A stretch of DNA of 64,000 nucleotides from Callorhinchus milii (lineage: Eukaryota): assembly GCF_018977255.1 (NCBI RefSeq), contig NW_024704743.1, forward strand, positions 87,360,001 to 87,424,000, in the 5' to 3' direction. Of the stretch, positions 52,490 to 64,000 are shown one piece after another; within the stretch, counting starts at the first letter, position 1; every line of letters begins with the position of its first letter. The notes beneath the pieces were generated by a model. It was given only the letters and a program-made list of their open reading frames with translations, was not told the origin of the DNA and did no database searches. A program made the translations under genes and the position numbers.

Positions 52490-53310
52490 CCTCCAACCTT
52501 AATTCCAGGAACACTGCTGATCTGACTGATTGCCAATTGGACATCAAGTCCTGGATGAGAACAAACTTTCTCCAGTTGGGTGTCAACAAGACAGATGCCC
52601 TCCTGCTTGGCTCCCATCAATGCTTTTTCATTTTAGACACTGATATCCACATGGATGCACACTCTACCTCATAAAATCAGAGCAAATCCTTGGTGTCTTG
52701 TTCGACTCGCAACTGTCCTTTGAACTCCAAATTCAGTTGACTAGTTCAACTTTCTCCCACCTCCTCAACATTGCCCGTATCCCCCAACAACCTCTTCCCT
52801 TGGGCCACCGAGACCCTTGACCATGCTTTTATCATATCCAGGCTTGACTATGCTAATCCACCACTTGTCAATTCTTCCCTCCACAAGCTGCAGATCATTC
52901 AGAACTCTGCAACTCGTGTCCTCGCTCTCACACAATGCTCTGCAAACCTACCAACCCCCATCCTTGCCCGACTCCACTGGCTCCCTCCCTCCGCTAGGCA
53001 GGCACTAGCTTGCTTCACGTTCCCCCATCCTGCTCACTTGGTCAAGCTTTCAGCCTTTCTACTCCAACTCTCTGAATTCCATCCCAGAGTCTGTTCGCTT
53101 CAACCCTTCTCTTGTCTCCTTCAAGGTCTGTCTCCAGACCTTCTCCTTCGACTGGACTTTGAGTAATCTTCCCACTGCCACGCCCCCATAACCACCACCC
53201 TCCCGAACCCAACCCATGCTTGGGTGCAAACCCTAAATTGTCCAGTGACTTAGGAAGGTCTCCCAATGTGAAAGGCGCTATATAAATGCAATTTGTTGTT
53301 GTTGTTGTTT
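52490..53310 (+). mobile_element. Older L2 LINE 3' fragment
   Basis: ORF 52771..53166 has [34 protein letters not shown]; tail gtgaaaggcgctatataaatgcaatttgttgttgttg. Confidence 0.85.
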
Positions 53311-54758
53311 AAGACTCCTTACAATACAGTCTTTTGATGGTTGAGTAGAAACTACCAATTTGTAGGCTCCCTCAAAGAACAGAGTCTCTTCCGCTGTCCT
53401 GGCCAGCAATTCCCCCAGAGAGGAAAAAAGTGATCATTCACTTTGTGGCTGTTTTGTTAGACAATGCTGTGTGTAAATTTGCCTTGGCATTTGCCTACAA
53501 AATGCAGTTGCACTTTTCATTAAATCCTGTGAAGTGCTTTGAAGCATTATGATGACTAGATAAGGCACCATAACAACTCAAGGATTATTATTATATTTTT
53601 CCTTGCAGATGAAAAATAGTTTCTCCTATCCTTTCCTTTTTAATATGGGTGAAATTGGAACATGTCATTTTTGAACTTTACTGAAAGGTCAGACTTTGAA
53701 AGGTTCCCAAGAGATTGATTAGCAGCCGGAACCCGCTGCGTTATCCGGCTTTGGGTTGAGATTTTTCTTGTTCTATTGCCTTTGTGTTATTTCGTGTATG
53801 GAAAAAGGTGTATTCCTCCCAGGCTGTGACATTTCTGTTGCCATTAAACATCATTAATATCCATGCCCCCAGCAGGCAGCTGGCGGAAGCAGCCTTGACG
53901 AGTTAGATCCCGCTAATGGAGAGAATTCCTGAGTGTTGATCAAACAGATTTTTTTCTTCTTTGTTTAACATTTGCCAACCATTTGTGGTACATTTCACAC
54001 AATAGAGTGTCGCAGTAGCCTTTATTCAGAAAGATTCTACATTGACAGTGTGCAACATTTTGCCCAGTTGAACATTTTGAATTAAATTTTCCCATATTTC
54101 AAAAAAAAATCTTTGAGCACATAATTTGGGTTGGCACTTCATTGCAGTACTGAAGGGATACAGCTTGTCAGAGATGCCATCCTCAGAAGAGACATAGAAA
54201 GCTAAGGACCTACCTGTTTGTGCTAAGGATTGAGCTGGCTGTTAAAGATTACATCGCACTATTTCAAAGAAGAACAAGAAGCTCGGCTGGAGTCCCAGCC
54301 ATATTCTTCCCTCATCAAAATTCACTAAATCGATTCATTAGATATTTATCTCATTGATGTCTTTGGAACATTGCTGCTACAGACTAGCTGCTTACAGTCA
54401 CTACACTTCAAAGTACCTCGTTGAGTGAAGGGCTTTGAAATGTTTTGATGGGATAAGTCACTGTATCAAATGCAAGAATTTTTTTAGTGACTAAAAAATA
54501 AACATATAAAAATAAATATAAGTAAACATAGTCAGTGTGTTGCTTTCACTGATTGTCTCTGTATACAGCCCAGCATTTCCCAGCTGAACAGTTTAGGTGA
54601 CGTATTGCCTATACACTGCTTGAAAGAGGTGTGTGAAGTACAGACAGACGGGAAGGAGCATTATTGGAAAAGAAGGCATAAAAAGAATTTCTCTTAGTCG
54701 AATGCAGTATGAGCTTTCAGTGGAGCGTGTGTGTTGACACTTTCTCTTTTTATTGCAG

Positions 54759-54943
54759 GGAGCAGTCAGTGGTGTGCTCCTGATAACCCCAAACAACATC
54801 ATGTTCGACCCCCACAAGAATGACCCTTTAGTGCAGGAGAATGGCTGCGAGGAGTACGGCATCATGTGTCCAATGGACGAGGTCGTTTCAGCCGCTCTGT
54901 ACAGAGATATTCAGGACAGTAAAATCAAAGAATCTTTACCTCC
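54759..54943 (+). CDS. OXR1: OXR1 coding exon GAVSGVLLITPNNIMFDPHKNDPLVQENGCEEYGIMCPMDEVVSAALYRDIQDSKIKESLP(P) (GRAM-like domain)
   Basis: Pyrimidine tract plus ttgcAG acceptor and GTAAGA donor; 185 nt, phase 0 to 2. HKNDPLVQ, GIMCP and DSKIKESLP fit OXR1 rather than its paralogue NCOA7. Confidence 0.96.
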
Positions 54944-57353
54944 GTAAGATCCAACGTTGTTTATTATCTACTAAATATTCTGTACTGTAACACTCAGCAT
55001 CACCTGTAGTGCACCACATCGTATCAGTATGTGAGGCCAGGGGCGTATATAATTAAAAGGGCATGTTTGTTTTGTGGTGTTAACTTCCTGGAGTTTGTAT
55101 TCTTATATTTGCCACTTTCGTCTTTAGTTCACGTAACCCCATTCCTACCCCTCTATGGGCTGTCATTTTAAGCCCACTTCCTCCTTTTACTCTGATCTAT
55201 CATTGTCCTCCCACATTGTACCAACCCAAGCCCTTGCAAAATTCAGATGGATTGCCTTATATTTTACTTATGAACTTCAGGCTACAAGTCTGATCAACAA
55301 CTAGAGTTCCCATCTATTCAAGGGAACATTGAAGAACCAGTGATGCTATTTGAAAAGAGAAGGGAGTTTCTCCTTGTGTCCTGGCCAACAATCAGATAAA
55401 TTGGTCAATTATTTCTGGGCTGTTTGTTAGGATCTCAGTATGTGTAAATTGGTACATTTGCCTATAACAATAGTTATTGCAACTTGACAACAATTTCTTG
55501 TGAATCTCTTTATGAGACGATTTGGGCTTTCTGTATCATATGCAACAATTATTATCACAGCTTCTTTCTGCTGTCTGACTTGGTTTTTTTGGAAAACATC
55601 ATTATCAACATTGCACTTACCCCTTTAGAACCCGAACGCTTCTAACTTCTTCCTTGTCCTTTTTTTCTTTCTTGTTGTCTATCCTACATAGGTGTCTCCC
55701 AGTCCATTATCATAGTTCAATAAGTGTCGCACCAAAATATTAACCTATTTTTCTTCTTTCAGATACTGATTGACCTGCTGTAGATTTCCAGCATTTCCAA
55801 TATTTGCAATTTGTTTCTCTCTTTGTTTGATTAAGAAAGGCCTTTGTTTCATCTGAATCTAAAATGTCTGTCAGATTCTATCATTGAATTTTTATTTTAA
55901 GTAACGGGATCCAACATTCCTAGGGGAGAGGGTACTTTTGAAGTGCACTTATAATCAGAAATTCTCTTGTTAACACACATTGTAAGATTCCCTACACTTA
56001 GCAACTTTGCAGAAAAGGTTGCTATTGTTACTGATGGCTTCTCTGTACAGGGAGTTCTCCCAGCTTTAGTAATTGCTAATTCATTTAATCATTGTTCATT
56101 TCCACATTCTGCCATGGAGACTTCTGAACATCCTTTTCAGGTTATATGAAGCTGACATATTGGGTTTTCAGCCTTGAGTTATTGCTCGATAAAGTGTCTG
56201 CCATTCCTTATACTGCTCTATTTAGCAAGATTGCAACTCGATTTCAAAACAACAATTCACATTTACATAGCGCCTTTCTAGTTGGGAAGACATCTCAAAG
56301 GGCTTTGTATAACTGACTGGGAACCTGAACTGTGTGGGGGAAGGAGGGTAGCTAAGGGGAAATATGGCAGAAAGCACAGTTGTAGAGATGAGTTTTAAGG
56401 CACATTTTTAAAGTGGTGAGGGAGAGGGAAGGCATAATGACTCAAGGATAGAGTTTCAGAAATTGGGGATAGAGTCATCAAAGGCTCAACTACAGAAGAA
56501 TGAATAAAAGGGGGGACGTGAAGCAGGCTAGTGTTTGCTTAATAATAATAATCCTTGCATTTGATGTAGCACCTAATCACGTCTCTTGAGCCTCAGAGCT
56601 CCACCCTGCACTGCATGGTAATCCCTTTTTAATTCCTAGCTCTGCCACTCTCTTCAGCCTCAGCCTGCCTAGCTTAGCAGAAGAAATGGCTAGGGCAGTC
56701 ACCAGTATAATTGAGTTAGATTTTAACCAGTTAAATTTGTTTTTAAATAACAATAATAAATAATAATAATTTTGTCCTTTCCTGTAATTTTATTTTTATA
56801 AAGTGTGTCACCAGATTTGAGGAAATTATGAGAATATGCGATATAACATATAGGTATTTTCAAATACGGATAATTTTGGGATTGAGAGATATTTTGATGT
56901 CCTGACGTATCTGCTTGTTTAGGTGAATATTAAAAGATCTCACAGCACTATTCAAAAAGAGAAGGGAGTTTCACCCAGTGTCCTGGCCAGCGCTACCCCA
57001 GATAATATAGGTCAATCACGCCATGGATGTTTGTGGGACATTGCTATATGCAACTTGCCTGCTGCATTTGCCCAAAGGTACACATTCCACTGCACTTTAC
57101 TGTATATTTTGTGAAGGGCTTTGGGATGTGGTGACATGAAAGGTGCTAAAGCGAATGGAAAATGCAAGGATTATTATGAAATTGCAATGTGTGATATAGT
57201 AATCAACACATCAGGGAAAATCTGCATTAAGTATTGATTTTGAATGATGGGTTAATTAGCACAATTTTCATCCCATAATAATTATGTTTTGTAGCACATT
57301 CATGATTGCTCTCTGAATATATTTTGACCACTGTTTTCCCTTCTTTCGATCAG

Positions 57354-58171
57354 TGATCTGGAATACTCTGCCTCCACCAAGGATACATCCCAATCAAACA
57401 AAAGAACAAGAAGCAATACAGACGAAACAGACTCTAAACTAAGAGATACAGGGAATGATAGCACCAGTACAGCTCCCCGCAGCACAGAGGAGTCCTTGTC
57501 TGAAGATGTCTTCACCGAATCGGAACTCTCCCCTATCCATGAGGAACATGTTTCATCTGACGAACTTCGACGCGAAAAATCATCAGGCGACTCCTCGGAG
57601 TCTGTGCAGACAATAAACCAGTCTGCTGCAGAGAGCAGTCAGGATCCCTTGTCTGCTCTGGAATCAGATGTGGCTGGACAAGTCAGAGTTGAAAAGCAAT
57701 TGGCTCCTGACAGTCTCTCTACAGGTCATGAACCTGAGAAGTCTCAGTTAGCTGAAGTGAAAGGACAAGGGAGTAAACCTGTTGAAATGCCCCAAAACAA
57801 GAATGAACATGATGAAAATCTTTATAGTAGTGCAAGTCAGGGAGGTGAAGATAAGTGTTCCACACTTCATGGTGGCTTGGTTATTGAACAAAAAGTTTCT
57901 GAAGCTCAGGAGTTGAACTTACCACACAGTGCAAGTCAGGGCTCATCTGCCGCAGAATCCTCAGGCCTGAGTGAGAAAGAGAACATCGATCAGACCAAGA
58001 AAATGGGGAAAGAACACCTGCGGGATTCTGAGATGGATGTTGAAGAGCTCCGAAAGCTGTGGAAGAGCCACACTATGCAACAGACCAAGGAACAAAGGGA
58101 AACAATGCAGCAGGTCGCCAACAACGAAGTAAACCCCAAAACTGGAAAAGTTCCTGAAGGTCCTTTAGAAG
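57354..58171 (+). CDS. OXR1: OXR1 large central exon (acidic/Ser-rich region ...GNDSTSTAPRSTEESLSEDVFTESELSPI...EELRKLWKSHTMQQTKEQRE...)
   Basis: ttctttcgatcAG acceptor and GTATAG donor at 58172; 818 nt, phase 2 to 1, consistent with both neighbouring exons. In frame with ORF 57496..58263. Confidence 0.93.
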
Positions 58172-58522
58172 GTATAGTGACCACCATTAAACTTTCTGTT
58201 GAGGTATTGCCATTTGGAATTGCAGATTGGGATATCGGCATCTTGTGCCACAGAGTGGGCTGAATGTGAGTTCCACCGCACGCTCTCGAATATGAGGAAT
58301 TATTTTCTCAACCGTGTCATTGGATGGTGCCTAACAGAGATCTCACACTGCCATCCCCTGTAGAGATAAGATAGAATTTACATTTATATGGCAACTTTCA
58401 CGTTTGGAGGACGTTTTATAAGCGTTTCACAGTGCTAGATGGGCACTGAGACGGAGGGAGGTGGGGAGAGGAAAGATGGTGAAAGCATTTTCAAAGATGT
58501 ACATTTTGAGATAAACAAATGA

Positions 58523-58752
58523 ACAACAACAACAACAAGATTCCATTTATAGAGCGCCTTTCACGTCAGGAGGACGTCCCAAGGCGCTGCACAGTTGGGT
58601 CATGACCCGAGCAGGGGGGAAATGGTCAGGGTGAGGGGAGGGAAGGGAGGGAGAGAGGAGGGGGGAAATGGTCAGGGTGAGGGGAGGGAAGGGAGGGAGC
58701 GAGGAGGAGGAAGAGAGTCGAGAGGGGAGCTGAAGGCACGGTCAAAGAGAAG
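58523..58752 (-). mobile_element. Short 3' fragment of the young L2 family with an internal 46-bp-period duplication
   Basis: Matches 45150-45330; aaatggtcagggtgaggggagggaagggaggga occurs at 58620 and again at 58666. Confidence 0.88.
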
Positions 58753-61700
58753 GGGAAGGGAAGGAAGCATTTCATCTCTTAGTTGACAAAATCAGACTTG
58801 CATTATACAAAGTGTGTACAGTAGCACAGAAGCTTCTTCAAAGGGTTGAATTGTGATAAGTATCACCACACTGTAAAGCAATAGAGTAAATTGATAGTGG
58901 GATTACTCTGAAAGGTGCAAAGATTTACAAAGAATTTATAGGCCATTTGACCCAACCAGTCCGCAATGGTGTTTATAGTCTACACAAGTCTCCATCCACT
59001 CCTTGAAGGGTATATGACCCTTCAATTCCCTTCTCCAAAGATGGGGACTAAAGCATACCATAGTTTTCAGAATGATCCATAAGCAAAGTAGATTTGTTAA
59101 TTTTTACGTGGATGAAACTGGCTAACAGATTCATGCTGTTACTGTGGATGGGAAGCAAGAACATTGAGCACTGGATAATTTGGAAGAGGTTGTGGACCTT
59201 AAATTGCACCAACCTATTGAATGCAAACATAAACCAAATACAAAGATTATTATTAGTAGTAGTTGGGTCTCAGTTTAACATCTAATCTGAAGGATGACAC
59301 CTCCTATGATCCAGCACACCCTGAGCATTGTATTGGAGCATAAATTGAGATTATATGAGTTTCAAGACAAATCTGGGTTTGAACCCACAACTTTTGAGTT
59401 AGAGTTGTGTTGTGCTATGAACTGAACCAGGCTGACACCATTAAATATCGTAGGAAGATACTTAACTACTCCTGCCAGTAGTAGCCAATTTATAGCAGAC
59501 CAGTCCTCGGGCACGCTGCTCCAGTGTGTCTGGTAAGGATCAACACGCAATGGGGATGCATTCTCCAGTTTGTAGGAACCCTGTATTTTATTTCCTTATT
59601 TGTAATGAAGAATGAACTCACCTTTCTACTATTACAGAAAAGAGCAGCCACTCACTGGTTTCAATGTTGACAGTCATAATATAATCTGCCAAACAGCTTT
59701 GATTAGCGTATGATGAAGTACCGCTCTGAGTGGGTTTTGAGGATTGATTTACGCAGATGGATTATAATTCCTTTAATTGCATCTCTCATTTTATTCACTT
59801 ATCCTCATGCTGTAACGAGTATTATACCATTTACAATACAATTTACATTTATAATGCACCTTTCATGTCTCAAAGCACTTCAATGTAGATGGGCACCTGA
59901 ACTGAGGGTGGGAGCCAAGGAGGCTGGGAGGGAAAAGATAACCAAAAACATGGTCAAAGAGGTATGTCTTGAGAAGACATATTTATAGTACTGTTTTCTG
60001 CAGTGGTTGTGTTGGTTTTCCAGGGAAGCATTGGCAGAGGACTGGGGATGGGCCATTTGCTCCATTTTACAGGGCAAAGGGAAGAAAAAAGTTAATTAAA
60101 CCTCTCTATCTATCTGTAAATCTTTGACCTTACCTATGGTCACTGCTCCTTTCCTCCATCTCCCTTCTCCCTTGCTTGACGTTCAATCCCATAATTTTAA
60201 AGCATCCTGAGACATTATCTTATTTGTCTGAGGAAACCATGCAGGAAAAGTGAAGTCAAAAGACTTAAAGAGAAGTTCCAGCATTGATTTATTTGGTTAT
60301 TATAATATGAAGACTGTGTAGCAGCTAATAATAAAAATACTGTATGTGACTTAATGCTTCATTGTTATTAAAATCTGTGGTTATGGGAAGAAAGGGGGGA
60401 ATGAATGTATAGTCATGATTACACCACATTGCATTTTCCTTCCCCAATAAGAAAATCAACCACTAGTTTAGTACCGGAGGCCACTGCCCTTCAGTCTAGG
60501 AACTATTGATTTATTTTATCACAGGTCATCTATGACACTGTGCCACTGTTTAGAAAGTAGCTCCTGTACACACTAATGTACAGTGAAAGAGTGAAGCTTC
60601 CACAGTTCCAACACACTACAACAAATTAGCCTCGGTACTGTGATGTGTTCTGTAAGTGCATTAACCTGCTCTGCAATTCCTGTCCAAAAAAGAGAAATGT
60701 CAGAATTTATTACTGACTCTACAGATCACATGTTATTAATGAGCAGCCCTCTGTGGAAGAATGTCTTCACTGAGTCTAAAATAAGCTAATTTGTAGTGAG
60801 CTTGTCTACCTGTTTCTTTCAGATCCCATCACTATTGACAGTTACAAAATGCCTGATCCTGATTACAGGCAACTGGGATATGGATTCTCCCAGACTGTCA
60901 GGGAACACAGTGCATAATCCCTGCACTGTATCACTAGGAAAGGTTTAGCGTGTACTTTAATCGTTGTTTGGCGGATGCAGGCTTTTTAGTAAACAGATAG
61001 CGGCTTGAGGCCCGTGTGGAGTATAAACACCAGCACAGACTAGTTGAGCCAAATGGCCTGTTTCTATGCCAAATCATTCTATGTGGACACAAAAAGACAT
61101 CAAAAAGATGGTATCAATAGCCAGAGGCCAAGATCCTAAGAAAGAAGTCTTAACATTGCTTTCAGAAATTTCATAGTAGTGTTGGAGATAAGGGGGTACA
61201 ACACAACAGCAACTTGCATTTATATAGTGCCCTTCATATGTAGATTTGGGTGTCATTCGCATACATGTTGACCCCGTGTATTATTGAAAGGGAGCATGTA
61301 AATGAGGAAAAGAAGGGGGCCAAGGATGGCACCTTGGGCTACACCACAGGTGACCTGGTGGAGGTAAAAAGAAAAATTGTTTGCGGAGTTGGTGATGGAA
61401 GCTGGTTAAGTAGGACTCGAACCAGGAGAATGCGGTCTCACTAAGGTGGATGAGGAAGGAGTGGAGGTGGATGGCATGATAGACTGTGTCGAAGGTCGAT
61501 GCAGGGTGAATGCAGAAATACTCAAAAAGAATCCAAAGCTGTTGGGGAGAAGGTTAATGTTACTTGTGGAGGAAACAAGGCCAGGTTTGAATATTGGAAA
61601 TCCGCAAGTATTCTGGCGTTTTCAATGAATTATTTCTAACTTCAGAAGATTGAGTGAATGGAAGTGCTTGCTTTGCCTGAACTGCGAAAGAAATGAGTAT

Positions 61701-62727
61701 CTTGGGCTATTAAATAGCCTCAATACTTGTACTTATAAGGGAGGGAATGCTTATGTCTGCTTTGCTATGGAGTGAGCCTGCCTGTGTTAGTTAAATTGGA
61801 TAAAAATGTTTTAGATAAAAGCATACCACTGAGTTGAATTAGGTAAAATTAAAATAATCAAAATTGGGCTTTTATATTCCATTTTAATTTGCAGAATTTA
61901 TTGGGTGAGGACAAGACCAGCAGCATCTAATCTTCCTATTACTTTTCTGCGGTTTGAGACTAGAAATCATTTCATTGAATTACTGCACCACACAGTGATG
62001 AGATACGGGTCTAAGTCTGTCATTCTCCACAAAAGGAGTTAATGCCATGTGGCAGGGGTTGTAGGTTGAGGCTACTATTACCTTCAGGCAAAGGAGGGGA
62101 GCAGTAGGGGACCAATAGCTCCATTTAACAAGGCCCTTTCACTTACTGTATGGCCTTGGCAACGAGACAACAGCTCAAATCGTTCCCAGATCACGTAAGA
62201 TCTAATTTGTGTGATTCACAAATAACTAATCTTGAATCTCCTATTTGTCTTTTCAACTGCATTTGGATCCCTTAGGGTTTTAACTTCCTCCCTGATTAGC
62301 ATTTAGTGTTATTATACTGGAAGGTATTTTTGGCATGTTTCTGCCTATGTTTCTTTGCCATTCACTCTTCGCTCCCTCAATGTCCTTTTTTTTAAACCTC
62401 TTTTGTACAATGGTACTCTGCTCATTTGCAACCCTCGTCCTTATCTCTATGATTTGGGGGGATATAGAGCCCATTTGAGGCAACCCTATCATAGCCTGAG
62501 CTTTTGAGAACAGCACAGTTACCAGGGAGCAAGCTGATGTTGTTAAGCCTGTGTTAACAGGCTCATGCATGTGAAATCTTTTCAATCACTTTGGATAACC
62601 AAGTGAAATGTGCTTTCTATGGTTTATATGTCAATCTGCATCTTTGGTGGGCCAGTACATCAAAGTATAAAATCCCATCTCCAATATTGAACACAATTTT
62701 ATCTTCTGCTTTTCTTTTAAATCACAG

Positions 62728-62896
62728 CGAATGTTACAACAAAAGAGAAGAGGCGGCACAGATCTCACAAATTCTTATGCCTGAGGGTTGGCAAGCCCAT
62801 GAAGAAGACCTTTGTGTCCCTCGCAAGTGCCTCCATGCAGCAGTATGCACAAAGGGATAAAAAACATGAGTACTGGTTTGCAGTTCCACAGGAAAG
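62728..62896 (+). CDS. OXR1: OXR1 coding exon (A)NVTTKEKRRHRSHKFLCLRVGKPMKKTFVSLASASMQQYAQRDKKHEYWFAVPQE(R)
   Basis: atcacAG acceptor and GTAAGC donor; 169 nt, phase 1 to 2. Matches recalled OXR1 HKFLCLRVGKPM...QRDKKHEYWFAVPQER. Confidence 0.95.
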
Positions 62897-63004
62897 GTAA
62901 GCTGACTTTCTACCTTCTTCAGAACCTTTCAAGCTTTTTAAGCCCCAGGTCTGGCTCTTTCCTAAAAGCTGGCAAAGGACCAGCACATGACAGAAACCTT
63001 TAAC

Positions 63005-63327
63005 ATGGAGTCCTGTAGCTCAGTGGTTATAGCACTCGCTTTGCAAGCGAGAGACCTGAGTTCAATTCCAGGCAGGGCGAAACCTTGGGCAAGTTTCCTT
63101 ACTCCACACGCCTAATAATAATCCCTCCAAAACCAAAACCAATAATAAATTGGTCATTTTCAATCTACGACTGTTTGTGGGACATTGCTATGCGCAATTG
63201 GCTGCTGCATTCGCCCACAAATATACAGTCAATTCACTTTTACAGTGTGTTCTGTGAAGCGCTTTGGGACATCCTCCCAACGTGAAAAGCGCTATATCAA
63301 ATGCAAGGATTATTATTATTATTATTA
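63005..63327 (+). mobile_element. Young tRNA-headed SINE (family A), full length, about 110 nt downstream of an OXR1 donor
   Basis: A/B boxes, shared body, (TTA)n tail. Confidence 0.95.
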
Positions 63328-64000
63328 ACATGTTTTACAATATTTATACTTGAAAACTGCATCCATGCTATCTATAAGCACACAAATACAAATGTGCAAA
63401 ACACCGAGCAGATGTGAACAATCCCTTTACACTCCCATCAGTACTGAAGGAGAACAGATTGTTTACCTTCTGAAAGCAAGTTTGACATTTAAAGCAATAA
63501 GAGCCTATTGACTGATTTCAATTTTATGTATTTAAACTTTATTTTTGCACTGCCCATTTTCACATTTTTTGGGGGAAAAAATCATCGACAATATCCTTTC
63601 TTTGAAGACTGCTCTTGCTGATTCATGATTACAGCCTGGAAGCAGAGAACTGGGTGGTGTCTCCTGTTACATCTGGGAATCTAGGTTTGAACCCACTTCA
63701 GGGATGTAGGAGGAGATCTGCTGCTGACCAGGCAAAGGATAGGAAAGCGCTTTGGGACGTCCTCCTGACATGAAAGCCACTAGACAAATGTAATTCATTG
63801 TTGTTGTTGATAGGATGAGCCCAAATTCAAATGCAGCCCATATGTTATTACTATAGGCCAGCAATTGCACTGCCTGTGGTGATTGGGTGGAATCACTTAT
63901 TTGGTTAGTGGTTACAATGGGCTGCAATGCTCTAGAATTTAGTTTATGTTCTTAAACGGCTCTCCCCCCCCAAGTATCTTAAAATTGAAGACAAAATGTA

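Noticed and set aside
54753..54947. Assignment to NCOA7
   Set aside because: Residues across all seven exons match recalled OXR1 better than NCOA7.
55700..55830. Penelope-like terminal repeat with a possible hammerhead ribozyme (similar traces at about 25110-25180 and 28750-28815)
   Set aside because: The catalytic core CTGANGA...GAAA is not intact; too degenerate to call.
58172..58263. Read-through of ORF 57496..58263 past the donor as an alternative C-terminus
   Set aside because: The donor phase matches the next exon exactly and no nearby polyA signal was seen; a 30-codon read-through is expected by chance.

Overview
Vertebrate genomic DNA. The repeat landscape (L2 and CR1 LINEs, tRNA-headed and Deu-type SINEs, a Tx1 element) points to a cartilaginous fish, plausibly a chimaera; this is inference. 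The window lies inside an OXR1 (oxidation resistance 1) gene on the + strand. Seven consecutive coding exons were reconstructed with canonical AG/GT ends and consistent phases: 11211-11293, 25773-25880, 27978-28091, 49340-49492, 54759-54943, 57354-58171 and 62728-62896. They cover the LysM domain, the GRAM-like domain and the central region; the N-terminal exons and the TLDc domain lie outside the window. The introns contain a young 5'-truncated L2 LINE, a degraded Tx1-clade retrotransposon, a 737-bp solo LTR with a 4-bp TSD and an internal 39-bp tandem array, a Tc1/mariner MITE, CR1 remnants and at least three SINE families. Nearly all short ORFs in the ORF track are repeat-derived noise. I found no convincingly new biological system. 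The best leads are two candidate unannotated OXR1 start exons, a covarying SINE/L2 3' stem-loop series, a chimeric SINE lineage, a pre-miRNA-like hairpin and inverted repeats flanking exons.
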